From: Planctomycetota bacterium
GTDB taxonomy: Bacteria > Planctomycetota > UBA1135 > GCA-002686595
Length of the DNA stretch: 32,594 nucleotides
Assembly (NCBI GenBank): GCA_022447405.1
Contig: JAKVCE010000003.1
Coordinates: forward strand, 1 to 32,594
Direction of reading: 5' to 3'
Below are positions 16,551-26,233 of this stretch, in pieces (position 1 is the stretch's first letter; each line of letters starts with the position of its first letter). The translations under genes were made by a program, and so were the position numbers. The notes under the pieces were generated by a model. The model ran no database searches. It saw nothing but the letters and a program-made list of their open reading frames with translations, and was not told where the DNA came from.

Positions 16551-18017
16551 TCAATCCTTCCAGAACCGGGGGATGAGCGCGACGAGCAGGGCGTAGAACT
16601 CGAGTCGACCGAGGAGCATCAGGAGAGACATACAGACCTTACCAGCGGCGTGGAGCTCCTCGAAGGAGCCCGCAGGCCCGAAGCGATCGATCCCTGGCCC
16701 GATGTTCCCGAGACAGGTCCCGGCGGCGGCGACTGCCTCGAGCATGGTCATCCCACAGGCGGTCAGAGCGAGCGAGCCGAGGATCAAGGTGGCGGTCCAG
16801 AGCAGCGCGAAGTCGATGACGCTCGCGACGATGCTCTCGGGGACCGTCTCCCCGTCCATGTGCACCAGCGTGACGCGGCGAGGGCTCGCCGCGCGGCGCA
16901 CAGCGCTGGCTGTGGCCTTCGCGAGGATCGCGATCCGCGCGAGCTTGATGCCGCCTGAGGTCGATCCCACGCAGGCGCCGGTCATGATCAACATGAGCAA
17001 GAGGGCGCGGGAGAGCTCATGCCAGCCGTTCCAGTCGGTGCTCGCGAAGCCGGTGCTCGTGCCGAGGCTCGTGACTTGAAAGAGCGAGTGGCGAAGAGCG
17101 GTCGAGAGGTCCGGGTGGTCTGCCCTGCCCAGCCAGGCGACGGCTGCGCTGAAGAGGAGGAGCACGCCGATGTAGAGTCGCCATTCGGTGCTCTTCCACA
17201 TCGCGGCGACCATGCTCTTCGGGCCGCGCTTGAGGCAGAGCGTGTAGAAGGAGAAGGCGGTCCCAGCGAGGACCATCAGAGCGATCACGGTTCCCTGTAC
17301 GGCCCAGTTGTCGTAGTGACCGAGGCTGTCACCGTGGTTCGAGAAGCCGCCAGTCGCCACCGTAGTGAAGGCGTGGAGGACCGCGTCCATGGGGGTCATC
17401 CCCGCGAGCCACAAGCAGCCGACGCCGACGAGGGTCAGGCCCAGGTAGACCCAGATCGTCTCGCGAGCGCTCTCTCGCGCGAGGGTCGTGCGCACGTCTG
17501 AGTCGAAGCCTGCGACCTCGCTCTGGAAGAAGTTCCTGCCGCCCATAGGCAGGATGGAGACGAGCAGGACGACGATCCCAGCCCCACCGAGCCACTGGGT
17601 GAGCGCGCGCCACAAGGAGAGCCCGTCGTTGAGCCCGTCGATCCGCTCACCGCTCAGGATCGACGCGCCGGTCGTGGTGAAGCCTGAGGCTGACTCGAAG
17701 ATCGCGTCCGCGAGGTCAGGGATGGCGCCATCTAAGAGGTAGGGGAGCGCGCCAAAGATGACCGTCGCTGCCCAGCCGATACCGACCGCCGCCAGGGCCT
17801 CTCTGCGGTGGAAGTCGGCAGGTCTCTCGTCCTTCTTGCGACGGTTGCCGAGCCAGAGGAGGCCGCCGAAGAGGAGGGAGACAGCACCTCCGATCGAGAG
17901 CGAGCGCGCTCCGGCCTCTGGGCCCCAGCCGCTCGCAACAGCAGCGGCCGCGAGCTGGGCGATGCCCGTGATCGAGATCATGGCGCCGACGAAGGTGGTG
18001 ACGGGGCGACGATTCAT
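16551..18017 (-). CDS. trkH: TrkH/KtrB-family potassium transporter
   Basis: Multi-pass membrane protein with four pore-loop motifs: 'SGFTTTGASI', 'TGGFSNHG', 'LGTSTGFAS' and 'GSTSGGIKL'. The ATG at 18017 overlaps the upstream stop (ATGA 18014..18017). I discount the track's 33-codon Arg/His-rich extension to 18116. Confidence 0.9.
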   Translation of the reverse strand: MNRRPVTTFVGAMISITGIAQLAAAAVASGWGPEAGARSLSIGGAVSLLFGGLLWLGNRRKKDERPADFHRREALAAVGIGWAATVIFGALPYLLDGAIPDLADAIFESASGFTTTGASILSGERIDGLNDGLSLWRALTQWLGGAGIVVLLVSILPMGGRNFFQSEVAGFDSDVRTTLARESARETIWVYLGLTLVGVGCLWLAGMTPMDAVLHAFTTVATGGFSNHGDSLGHYDNWAVQGTVIALMVLAGTAFSFYTLCLKRGPKSMVAAMWKSTEWRLYIGVLLLFSAAVAWLGRADHPDLSTALRHSLFQVTSLGTSTGFASTDWNGWHELSRALLLMLIMTGACVGSTSGGIKLARIAILAKATASAVRRAASPRRVTLVHMDGETVPESIVASVIDFALLWTATLILGSLALTACGMTMLEAVAAAGTCLGNIGPGIDRFGPAGSFEELHAAGKVCMSLLMLLGRLEFYALLVALIPRFWKD

Positions 18018-18739
18018 GAGGGAGAGTCCGTGTCTGCGGTGCGCTCGGGGGGGAGGTATCTGAGGAAGACGTCGCGCGTGTCGGCGATGTGTCGCTCGAT
18101 GGTCTCGGTCTCCCATCCGCTGGTGTCGATCGGGGGGAGGCAGTCGGCCCTGATCTCGCCGCTGCGGATCAGCCAGGTGCCCATCGGATTCACCTCTTCG
18201 ATGCCGCGCCAGATGATCGGATAGATGGGGGCGCGGGTGGCGATCGCGACGTGGAAGGGCCCCTTCTTGAACTGCTGGAGGCCGCCCTTGCGGGAGCGCG
18301 TGCCTTCGGGCGCCATCATCAGGGTGAGCCCTTCAGTCTGCAGTCGCTCGCCAGCGTGGGAGAGGCTCTCGATCGCGCGCTCGGCGTCGCTCCTGTCGAC
18401 CTCGATCATCCCCAGCGCGATGAGGGCCCAGCCGATGCCTGGGATGCGGCGGAACTCGCGCTTGTAGGCCACGCAGGGCGCGGGCGGCGCGTAGGCGCCG
18501 AGCAACAAGAGGTCGATGGTGCTGACGTGGTTGAAGAGGAAGAGCTTGGGGCCGGGCGCCTCGAGGTGCTCCCGCCCGTGGAGGTCGACCCGCACGCCTG
18601 CCATGGCGAGGGGGACGCGGCCCCAGATCCGCACGAGGCTTTGGAGCCTCCGCCGGGTCCATGCCCTCGCGAAGATCGCGAGGAGGGCGATCATGGTCGC
18701 GGCGAGGATCGTCCAGAGGAAGATGGGGAGGAACACCAA
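18014..18739 (-). CDS. plsC: 1-acyl-sn-glycerol-3-phosphate acyltransferase (LPLAT family); start uncertain
   Basis: Motifs 'LFLFNHVSTIDLL' (HX4D), 'AYKREF', 'MMAPEGTRS' and 'APIYPII'. Candidate starts are TTG 18739 / GTG 18736 (just before the TM helix VFLPIFLWTILAATMIALLAIF), ATG 18694, and TTG 18838. The track's 19036 start would run through the divergent gene's start region. Confidence 0.75.
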   Translation of the reverse strand: MVFLPIFLWTILAATMIALLAIFARAWTRRRLQSLVRIWGRVPLAMAGVRVDLHGREHLEAPGPKLFLFNHVSTIDLLLLGAYAPPAPCVAYKREFRRIPGIGWALIALGMIEVDRSDAERAIESLSHAGERLQTEGLTLMMAPEGTRSRKGGLQQFKKGPFHVAIATRAPIYPIIWRGIEEVNPMGTWLIRSGEIRADCLPPIDTSGWETETIERHIADTRDVFLRYLPPERTADTDSPS

Positions 18740-18919
18740 CGCGCCGCGCAGGCGACCGCCAGGGGGCGGCGGCGAGAACTCCGCCGCGGCGTCGCGCGCC
18801 TCGCTCGTGTCATCAAGGCCTCTGCTGGGGGTGTGGTTCAAACGATCTTGGGGCTGGCAGAGCGGAGGATGGGACGGCCTCCCGCTCTTCTCTGCCAGAG
18901 ATCCTATGATGGGAGGCCC

Positions 18920-21900
18920 ATGCTCTCGCTCCTCATCTTCGCAGCGCTCAGCTCTGATGGCTCTCCTGAGCCCAGAGAGGTCGATTTTTCGCGCGAGGTG
19001 AGGCCCATCCTCTCGGACAAGTGCTTCACCTGCCACGGCCCGGACCTGGCCGCCCGCAAGTCGGAGCTGCGCTTAGACACCCGCGGGGGCGCGCTGCAGG
19101 GAGGTCGCTCTGGGTTCCCGGCGGTCGTCCCCGGCGACCGCGACGAGAGCGAGCTCTGGGCGATGATCACCAGTGAGTTCAGCGGCGAGCGCATGCCGCC
19201 GGAGGAGAGCGGGAAGGAGCTCACTGCGGACGAGATCGAGACGCTCGGCCTCTGGATCGACCAAGGCGCAGAGTGGGCAGAGCACTGGGCCTTCGTCGCG
19301 CCCGAGCGCTCCCAGCCTGCGCCGCTCGCTGGGGATGAGTGGTCACAAGGGCCCATCGACGAGTTCCTCCTTGAGCGCATGCGCCAGGAGGGCTTCGACC
19401 CGGAGATGCCCGCCTCCAAGGCGAAGCTCCTGCGCAGGGCGAGCTTCGACCTGACCGGACTGCCGCCGACGCTCAAGGAGCTAGACGCCTTCCTCGGCGA
19501 CGACGATGAGGGAGCCTGGGATCGCGCCCTTGACCGCCTCTTCAGCTCGCCTCGCTACGGCGAGCACATGGCTCGCTACTGGCTCGACGCGGCGCGCTAT
19601 GGCGACACCCACGGGCTCCACCTCGACTCGCTGCGGACGATGTGGCTCTACCGCGAGTGGGTCATCAACGCCTTCAATCAGAACAAGCCCTTCGATGAGT
19701 TCACCATCGAGCAGCTAGCCGGCGACCTGCTCGAGGATCCGACGGAGGAGCAGCTCGTCGCGACCGGCTTCAACCGCTGCAACGTCACGACAGCCGAGGG
19801 CGGGCTCATCGCCGAGGAGTACCTCGTGCACTACGCCTTCGACAGGGTCGACACGACCTCGACGGTCTGGATGGGCCTCACGATGCGCTGCGCGAAGTGC
19901 CACGATCACAAGTTCGACCCCTTCAGCCAGAAGGAGTACTACGAGATGATCGCCTTCTTCCGCGGGCTCGCGGAGGAGGCCTCTGACGGCAACGCGATCA
20001 TCGCGCAGCCAGCGATCCAGGCGGCGACGCCCGACCAGAAGGAGCGCTTCCAGGAGCTGGAGCTGGTCGCGGCCTCGCTCTCAGCGGAGCTGAACGGGCC
20101 GCTGCCTGAGATCGACGCGGCGCAAGGTGGCTGGGAGGTCGAGCGGGCGGCTCTACTGAGAGAGGTCTGGCAGACGCTCGCCCCGGTCGAGCTCTCGAGC
20201 CAGATGGGCTCCACGCTGACCTTGGGTGAGGACGGAGTGGTTCAGGTCTCCGGGGAGAACCCTGAGAAGGATGTGCATGAGCTCATCTTCGCCACCGAAC
20301 TGGAGGGGATCCGCACGCTCCACTATGAGGGCCTGCCCGACCCGGCGAACGCCGCGGGCGGCCTCGGTCGCTCGGTCAACGGCAACGTGGTGATGACCGG
20401 CTTCGAGCTCGAGGCCGCGCCGCTGGACCCCTCAGCAGAGTTCAAGCCGGTCGCTGTCGCAGGGGTGCGGACGGGCTTTGCCCAAGCGAACTTCCCTGTC
20501 GCGAACGTGCTCAAGCCTGGGGCAGACACCGGGTGGGCGATCCACCCGAGGGTCAGCGACACACATGAGCTGATCTTCGCCCTCGAAGAGCCCGTGCGGC
20601 ACCAGGGCGGCTCACGCCTCAGGCTGCGCGTGAAGTACGAGTCCGTCCACGGCAGGCACGTGATCTCACGCTTCAGGGTCTCTGCCGCCGCCATGCCAGA
20701 GATGTTCCCCGCAGAGCAAGGGCCGTGGCTGCAGGCTGGCCCTTTCGTCACCGCGACGGCAGCGGAGGCGAAGGAGACCGCGTTCATTGATCCTGCGGCG
20801 GCGCTGGACTTTTCTGCGCGCAGCGGAGCACCGGCCGCGCCCGAAGAAGAGCGCGGGACCGTTGTTTGGGTGGATGAGGAGCAAGGGAACGGCGGCACGA
20901 CGGAGGGCCTCTGGGACTTCACCACGGAGGCCGAGGGCGCGCCGATCCACAGCGGAGAGACCTCGCGCAGGCAAGAGGGCGACGGGATCGTCCAGCACTA
21001 CTTCCTTGGCGCCTCGCGCCCGCTCTACTTGAGCAGGGGCGACCGTTTCTCCGCCTGGGTCCACCTGCACCCAGACGACCCGCCGCAGGAGATCATGCTC
21101 CAGTTCCACGTCGCCGGGCACGGGAAGTGGGAGCACCGCGCCAAGTGGGGCGCAGACAAGATCAGCTGGGGCGGCGGCGCCGACGCGGACGTGGACGCGC
21201 ACCGCCAGATGGGAGGCTTGCCGCCCACAGGCGAGTGGGTGCAGCTCGTCGTCGATCCGAGCGAGGTCGGGCTAGGGCCTGGCCACGCGGTGGATGGGAT
21301 GGCCTTCACCCAGTTCGGCGGGGTCGCTCACTGGGACGACGCAGGGGTCGAGACGGGCGCTCCCTCTCTCGCCTTTGAGCCCTCGCTCTGGAAGCGTGTA
21401 GCCCACACCGACGGGGCGATACAAAGCTATGAGCAGAAGATCGGGGCGGTGTATCTCGCCCGTACGATCGACGCCGCGAGCCCGCGGGAGCACGACGTGC
21501 GCCTCGGGAGCGACGACGCCATCTGGGTGTGGCTGAACGGCAGAGAGGTGCACGCGAACGACGGCGCTCGCGGCGTCGCGGCCGACCAAGACAGCCTCAC
21601 CCTCGAGCTCATCGAAGGGCGCAATGAGCTGCTCATCAAGGTCGTCAACGCAGGCGGCGCCTTCGGGAGCTACTACCGCCTCGCCAATGAAGAGGTCGGG
21701 AGTGAGACGGCTGAGCTCGTCCACGCGCTGAAGCTGCCCGCAGAAGAGCGCGACGAGGCGCAGGCCCTCGCGCTGCGGGACCACTTTCGCGCGACGACCT
21801 CCGCGGCCTGGCGGGAGCTGAAGGCTGAGGCAGAGGCCGCGGCGAGCGAGCGCGACAGCTTCAAGACGGGCTTCGCACAGACCATGATCATGCGCGAGCG

Positions 21901-22963
21901 CCCGGAGCCGCGTCCGACGCACATGCTCATGCGCGGCCAGTACGACCAGCCCGGTGAGCGGGTGTACCCCGGCGTCCCCGCGGTCTTCTCTGACCTCCCT
22001 GCTGGAGCAGAGGCGTCTCGCCTCGGGCTCGCGAAGTGGTTGGTAGACCCGGCGCACCCGTTGACCTCCCGTGTCATCGTGAACCGCCTCTGGCAGCAGC
22101 TCTTCGGGACGGGGATCGTGAAGACCTCTGGCGACTTCGGCTTCCAGGGCGAGTGGCCCAGTCACCCGGAGCTCCTCGACTGGCTCGCGGTGGAGTTCGT
22201 GGAGAGCGGCTGGGACGTCCAGCACATGCTGCGAGTGATCATGAGCTCTGCGGCCTACCAGCAGGACTCACGTGTGGCGCAAGTGAAGCACGAGCTGGAC
22301 CCGGAGAACCGCCTCATCGCGCGAGGTCCGAACCACAGGCTCGACGCGGAGGTGATCCGTGACAGCGCCCTCTCCCACTCGGGTCTCTTGGTGGAGCGGC
22401 TCGGCGGCGCGAGCGTGAAGCCTTACCAGCCCTCTGGGATCTGGAAGGCGGTCGGCTACACCTCGAGCAACACCGCGAACTTCACGCAGGACTCGGGCGA
22501 CGCCCTCTACCGGCGCAGCCTCTACACCTTCTGGAAGCGCACGGCGCCGCCGCCATCGCTCTCTACCTTCGACGCGCCGAGCCGTGAAGAGTGCTGCGTC
22601 CGGAGGGAGCGGACGAACACTCCGCTCCAGGCGCTCGTCCTCTTGAACGACGTGCAGCACGTCGAGGCCGCGCGCGCCTTCGCCGAGCGGCTCCTCGGCA
22701 CGGACGAGAGCGAAGAGGCTCGCCTCGCGCGCGCCTTCCGCATGGCGACCTCACGGCAGGCGACGGGTGAGGAGGTCGTGATCCTCGCGTCCTTGCTCGA
22801 GGCGCAGCTTGAGGTCTACACCCAGGACCCCGCCGCTGCGAAGGCGCTCATCGAGGTCGGGGACAGCGCGCCTCGTGACGGCGTCGACGCGAGCGCGCTC
22901 GCAGCTTGGACCGTGGTGTCGAGCGCCGTCCTGAACCTGCACGAGGCGATCACCAAGGGCTGA
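18920..22963 (+). CDS. PSCyt1 (cytochrome-c-like, CxxCH) - DUF1549/PSCyt2 - large insert - DUF1553/PSD1 protein
   Basis: Heme-binding motif CFTCH lies at nt 19022..19036 within '[20 protein letters not shown]'. DUF1549-like motifs are '[13 protein letters not shown]', '[20 protein letters not shown]' and '[13 protein letters not shown]'. DUF1553-like motifs are '[10 protein letters not shown]', '[18 protein letters not shown]' and '[28 protein letters not shown]'. I take the ATG at 18920 (after GGGAGG) as the start. An in-frame ATG at 18869 is an alternative. Track ORF start 18089 is an antisense-of-plsC artefact. Confidence 0.9.
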   Translation: MLSLLIFAALSSDGSPEPREVDFSREVRPILSDKCFTCHGPDLAARKSELRLDTRGGALQGGRSGFPAVVPGDRDESELWAMITSEFSGERMPPEESGKELTADEIETLGLWIDQGAEWAEHWAFVAPERSQPAPLAGDEWSQGPIDEFLLERMRQEGFDPEMPASKAKLLRRASFDLTGLPPTLKELDAFLGDDDEGAWDRALDRLFSSPRYGEHMARYWLDAARYGDTHGLHLDSLRTMWLYREWVINAFNQNKPFDEFTIEQLAGDLLEDPTEEQLVATGFNRCNVTTAEGGLIAEEYLVHYAFDRVDTTSTVWMGLTMRCAKCHDHKFDPFSQKEYYEMIAFFRGLAEEASDGNAIIAQPAIQAATPDQKERFQELELVAASLSAELNGPLPEIDAAQGGWEVERAALLREVWQTLAPVELSSQMGSTLTLGEDGVVQVSGENPEKDVHELIFATELEGIRTLHYEGLPDPANAAGGLGRSVNGNVVMTGFELEAAPLDPSAEFKPVAVAGVRTGFAQANFPVANVLKPGADTGWAIHPRVSDTHELIFALEEPVRHQGGSRLRLRVKYESVHGRHVISRFRVSAAAMPEMFPAEQGPWLQAGPFVTATAAEAKETAFIDPAAALDFSARSGAPAAPEEERGTVVWVDEEQGNGGTTEGLWDFTTEAEGAPIHSGETSRRQEGDGIVQHYFLGASRPLYLSRGDRFSAWVHLHPDDPPQEIMLQFHVAGHGKWEHRAKWGADKISWGGGADADVDAHRQMGGLPPTGEWVQLVVDPSEVGLGPGHAVDGMAFTQFGGVAHWDDAGVETGAPSLAFEPSLWKRVAHTDGAIQSYEQKIGAVYLARTIDAASPREHDVRLGSDDAIWVWLNGREVHANDGARGVAADQDSLTLELIEGRNELLIKVVNAGGAFGSYYRLANEEVGSETAELVHALKLPAEERDEAQALALRDHFRATTSAAWRELKAEAEAAASERDSFKTGFAQTMIMRERPEPRPTHMLMRGQYDQPGERVYPGVPAVFSDLPAGAEASRLGLAKWLVDPAHPLTSRVIVNRLWQQLFGTGIVKTSGDFGFQGEWPSHPELLDWLAVEFVESGWDVQHMLRVIMSSAAYQQDSRVAQVKHELDPENRLIARGPNHRLDAEVIRDSALSHSGLLVERLGGASVKPYQPSGIWKAVGYTSSNTANFTQDSGDALYRRSLYTFWKRTAPPPSLSTFDAPSREECCVRRERTNTPLQALVLLNDVQHVEAARAFAERLLGTDESEEARLARAFRMATSRQATGEEVVILASLLEAQLEVYTQDPAAAKALIEVGDSAPRDGVDASALAAWTVVSSAVLNLHEAITKG

Positions 22964-22964
22964 C

Positions 22965-24407
22965 ATGAACCCCCTCCAAGAGAGACATGAGCTCCTCACC
23001 CGTCGCGCGCTCCTGCGCGGGGCGACCGGAGGAGTCGGCGCCGCGGCGCTCTCGTCCCTCTTGACGGGCGAGGCCAGAGCTGGAGAGGGCGGCGCGATGG
23101 GGGCGACCCACTTCCCGGCCTCTGCTAAGCGGGTGATCTATCTGCACATGTCGGGGGCGCCCTCCCAGATCGACATGTGGGACTACAAGCCGCTCCTCGA
23201 GAAGTACTACGACGTCGAGCTGCCGGACTCCGTGCGGCAGGGTCAGCGCCTCACGACGATGACCTCTGGCCAGGCGCGCTTCCCGATCGCGCCCTCGAAG
23301 TTTGGCTTCGCGCGACACGGCGAGACGGGATGTTTTGTGAGCGAGCTCCTGCCCTTCACCGCCGGCGTCGTCGACGACATCGCGGTGATCCGCTCGCTCT
23401 ACACCGAGGCGATCAACCACGACCCGGCCATGACTTTCTGCCAGACGGGTCACCAGCAGCCCGGCCGCCCCTCTCTAGGCGCCTGGCTCTCCTATGGGCT
23501 CGGCTCCGGGAACCAGGACCTGCCGACCTTCATGGTCATGACCCCGAGCTGGACCGGGCGCAACGACGCCCAGGCCCTCTTCAGCCGACTCTGGGCCACC
23601 GGCTTCCTGCCGACGGAGCACCAGGGCGTCGCGCTGCGCTCACAAGGCGACCCGGTGCTCTACCTCTCGAACCCCGACGGCCTCGACAGCGCAGGCAGGC
23701 GCCGCCAGCTCGACGCCATCGAGCGCCTGAACGCCAAGCACGCCGAGGAGACCGGCGACCCCGAGGTCCTCGCGCGCATGGCCCAGTACGAGATGAGCTT
23801 CCGGATGCAGGCCTCGGTGCCCGAGTTGATCGACCTCTCTTCGGAGCCTGAGCACGTGAAGGCGCTCTATGGACCTGAAGTCGAGCGTCCTGGGACCTTC
23901 TCCAACTGCACCCTCCTCGCGCGTCGCATGGCGGAGCGGGGCGTGCGCTTCATCCAGCTCTACCACCGCGGCTGGGACCAGCACGGCAACCTGCCCTCCG
24001 ACATCACCGACCAGTGCCGCGACGTGGACCAGGCTTGCGCTGGGCTCATCCTCGACCTCAAGCAGCGCGGCATGTTCGAGGACACGCTCGTCGTGTGGGC
24101 GACCGAGTTCGGGCGCACGGTCTACTGCCAGGGCGGCCTCTCTCGCGAGAACTACGGGCGCGATCACCACCCGCGGAACTTCACGATCTGGATGGCCGGC
24201 GGCGGGATCAAGGGCGGCGTGCAGCTCGGGAAGACAGACGACTTCAGCTACAACATCGTCGAGGACCCGGTGCATATTCACGACCTCAACGCGACGATAC
24301 TGCACTGCCTCGGGATCGACCACGAGCGCCTCACCTACCGCTTCCGCGGCCGCGACTATCGGCTCACGGATGTCGAGGGCGAGCTCATCGACCAGGTGCT
24401 CGCCTAG
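22965..24407 (+). CDS. DUF1501-domain protein (alkaline-phosphatase/sulfatase-like fold), Tat signal
   Basis: Twin-arginine signal '[19 protein letters not shown]'. Motifs '[20 protein letters not shown]', '[15 protein letters not shown]' and 'WATEFGRT...GRDHHP'. It starts 1 nt after the upstream stop, the classic pairing with a DUF1553 protein. Confidence 0.9.
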   Translation: MNPLQERHELLTRRALLRGATGGVGAAALSSLLTGEARAGEGGAMGATHFPASAKRVIYLHMSGAPSQIDMWDYKPLLEKYYDVELPDSVRQGQRLTTMTSGQARFPIAPSKFGFARHGETGCFVSELLPFTAGVVDDIAVIRSLYTEAINHDPAMTFCQTGHQQPGRPSLGAWLSYGLGSGNQDLPTFMVMTPSWTGRNDAQALFSRLWATGFLPTEHQGVALRSQGDPVLYLSNPDGLDSAGRRRQLDAIERLNAKHAEETGDPEVLARMAQYEMSFRMQASVPELIDLSSEPEHVKALYGPEVERPGTFSNCTLLARRMAERGVRFIQLYHRGWDQHGNLPSDITDQCRDVDQACAGLILDLKQRGMFEDTLVVWATEFGRTVYCQGGLSRENYGRDHHPRNFTIWMAGGGIKGGVQLGKTDDFSYNIVEDPVHIHDLNATILHCLGIDHERLTYRFRGRDYRLTDVEGELIDQVLA

Positions 24408-25285
24408 CGCGGCGAGCACACGCGGAGAGCGCGCGCGAAGACCTCGATAGAGAGGCGCTTCGACTCGATCATCTCTCCGTCAACGACTACGGGCTGAACA
24501 GACTCGAACTCGATCTGCAGCTCCTTGTGCAGCTGATGTGAGACCCCACGCGCGGAGAGGTGCTTGCCGAAGAGCAATCGCGTGAAGAGGGAGAGGAGGC
24601 GGAGCCGCCCGGTGGGGGAGACGCGGACGAGGTCGAGGGCGCCGTCGTCGAGGAGCGCGTCCGGCGCGACGGGCATGCCGCCGCCAGCGTGGGGCGTGAG
24701 GCAGGCCATGCCGAGAGCGTCTCGCGTTGAGGGGGAGCCGTCGAGCGCTGCCTCGACGGGGCTCGCGTCTCCCCAGAGGAGCTCGCAGAGCGCGGTCTTG
24801 GTGTAGGGCATCTTGCCCGCGCCGCGTGCGGCGGCGGCGCGCAGCGTCACGCGGGCTGAGAGGCCCCAGCCGATCACGTTGATCGCGTGGCAGACGCCCT
24901 CGTCAGACTCGAGCCGTGCGACGTCTATCTCTCGCTTCGCCTCTCCTGCGATCGCCTTGATCGCGTCGTCCGTTCCCCGGATACCCAGGGCCGCCGCGAG
25001 GGCGTTCCCCGAGCCACAGGGCACAGGGGCCAGCGTCGGCATCGAGCTGAGGTGCGCGTCAAAGAGTCCGCTGACGGCTTGGTGAACGGTGCCGTCTCCC
25101 CCGAGGACGGCGAGGGTGTGAGCTGTGTCCAAGTCCAAGTCTGCGACGACCTCGCGCACTCCCTCGGGCCCCTCGCTCAAGACGACGCGCGCGTCGGAGT
25201 GGAGGGTGCGCAGCCGCTCGACGAGCTCAGGGGCCTTGCCGCTCCCTGCGGTGGGGTTCGCGACGATCACGAGGGCGCTCTCCAT
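24404..25285 (-). CDS. Diacylglycerol-kinase-family lipid kinase (YegS/BmrU type)
   Basis: Motifs '[14 protein letters not shown]', '[12 protein letters not shown]' and '[11 protein letters not shown]'. The ATG at 25285 (MESALVIV...) is preferred over 25324. The stop overlaps the convergent DUF1501 stop (CTAG 24404..24407). Confidence 0.85.
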   Translation of the reverse strand: MESALVIVANPTAGSGKAPELVERLRTLHSDARVVLSEGPEGVREVVADLDLDTAHTLAVLGGDGTVHQAVSGLFDAHLSSMPTLAPVPCGSGNALAAALGIRGTDDAIKAIAGEAKREIDVARLESDEGVCHAINVIGWGLSARVTLRAAAARGAGKMPYTKTALCELLWGDASPVEAALDGSPSTRDALGMACLTPHAGGGMPVAPDALLDDGALDLVRVSPTGRLRLLSLFTRLLFGKHLSARGVSHQLHKELQIEFESVQPVVVDGEMIESKRLSIEVFARALRVCSPR

Positions 25286-25323
25286 ACGGGCAGGGTACTG
25301 TGAGCGGACCGAGGAGGTGTTCA

Positions 25324-26232
25324 ATGGAGCTAGAGGAGCTGATCAATGGCGGCTGGGGTAGGCACGAGGCTGAGACAGAGGTCCTCGCCTCGGAGCTTGA
25401 AGAGCACATGGGGCTCGTCTCCGATCCAGGACAGGCTGCGGCGTTCAGCGCCCTCGCCTCGCACACAGTGGGAGAGCACCTGGGGGACTGGGCCCGCGCC
25501 GCGCGCCTCATCGAGGGGGCCATGCAAGGGCTCGCCGATGACCCTGCCCTGACCTCCTCCTTGATCCTCTTGGGCGTCTCTCGAGAGTTCGCCGAGGACT
25601 CAGCCGGCTCCGCTCAAGCCTTCGAACAGGCCCGCGCGCTCGCGGGGAACGACGCCCTCGTTGAGGTGCGCACGCGCCTCGCCCGCGCCTCTGCCTATAT
25701 GGAGGTGGGGACGAAGGCCGACATCCTCAGCGAGTACCAGCGCGCGATGGATGTGGTAGGCGAGATGTCGAACACAGCGAGCGTCGACCGACTCGTCGCG
25801 ATCATCTCCAACAACCTCGCGAGTCATCTCATGGAGCAGGCGGAGCTCTCGCAGGAGGAGGCGGATGGCATGCTCCATATCGCTGGTGTCGCGAAGGACG
25901 CCTGGAGCCGCGCCGGCGACTGGGTCAACCACGAGCGCGCGGACTACCTGATGGCGCTTGTCTGCAACCGCATCTCACGGTGGAGCGAGGGCCTCGCCGC
26001 CGCCGACGCAGGGCTCGCGACCATCGCAGCGCACGGAGAGGAGAAGATCGACGAGGCCTTCCTCCAGTTGGCGCGGGCGCATGCGCTCAGAGGCGCCGGC
26101 GATGAGGGCGCCGCCGCTCTCGCCTTAGAGGTGGCAGACGGCATCGCAGCCGAATGGGACGGGGGCTTGAAGGGCTGGTATGACTCGCAGCGCGAGCGCT
26201 CCCTCGAGGCGAAGACCTGGGAGCCCGCCTGA
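25324..26232 (+). CDS. Hypothetical all-alpha (TPR-like?) cytoplasmic protein
   Basis: Complete ORF. The ATG at 25324 (MELEELINGG...) is preferred over the GTG at 25300. The composition is helix-rich, Ala/Glu/Leu. No family recognised. Confidence 0.6.
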   Translation: MELEELINGGWGRHEAETEVLASELEEHMGLVSDPGQAAAFSALASHTVGEHLGDWARAARLIEGAMQGLADDPALTSSLILLGVSREFAEDSAGSAQAFEQARALAGNDALVEVRTRLARASAYMEVGTKADILSEYQRAMDVVGEMSNTASVDRLVAIISNNLASHLMEQAELSQEEADGMLHIAGVAKDAWSRAGDWVNHERADYLMALVCNRISRWSEGLAAADAGLATIAAHGEEKIDEAFLQLARAHALRGAGDEGAAALALEVADGIAAEWDGGLKGWYDSQRERSLEAKTWEPA

Positions 26233-26233
26233 G

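Noticed and set aside
18089-18919. 277-codon N-terminal extension of the PSCyt/DUF1553 ORF (track start 18089)
   Set aside because: The extension is antisense to trkH/plsC coding sequence and translates to Gly/Arg/Asp/Glu-rich junk. The conserved PSCyt1 domain begins right after the ATG at 18920 (or 18869), which also provides the hydrophobic signal-like segment.
18740-19036. Long N-terminal extension of plsC to the ATG at 19036
   Set aside because: It would overlap the divergent PSCyt gene start and add ~100 non-conserved, Pro/Arg/Glu-rich residues before the N-terminal TM helix. Typical PlsC proteins are ~240-260 aa. The true start remains uncertain (18694-18838).
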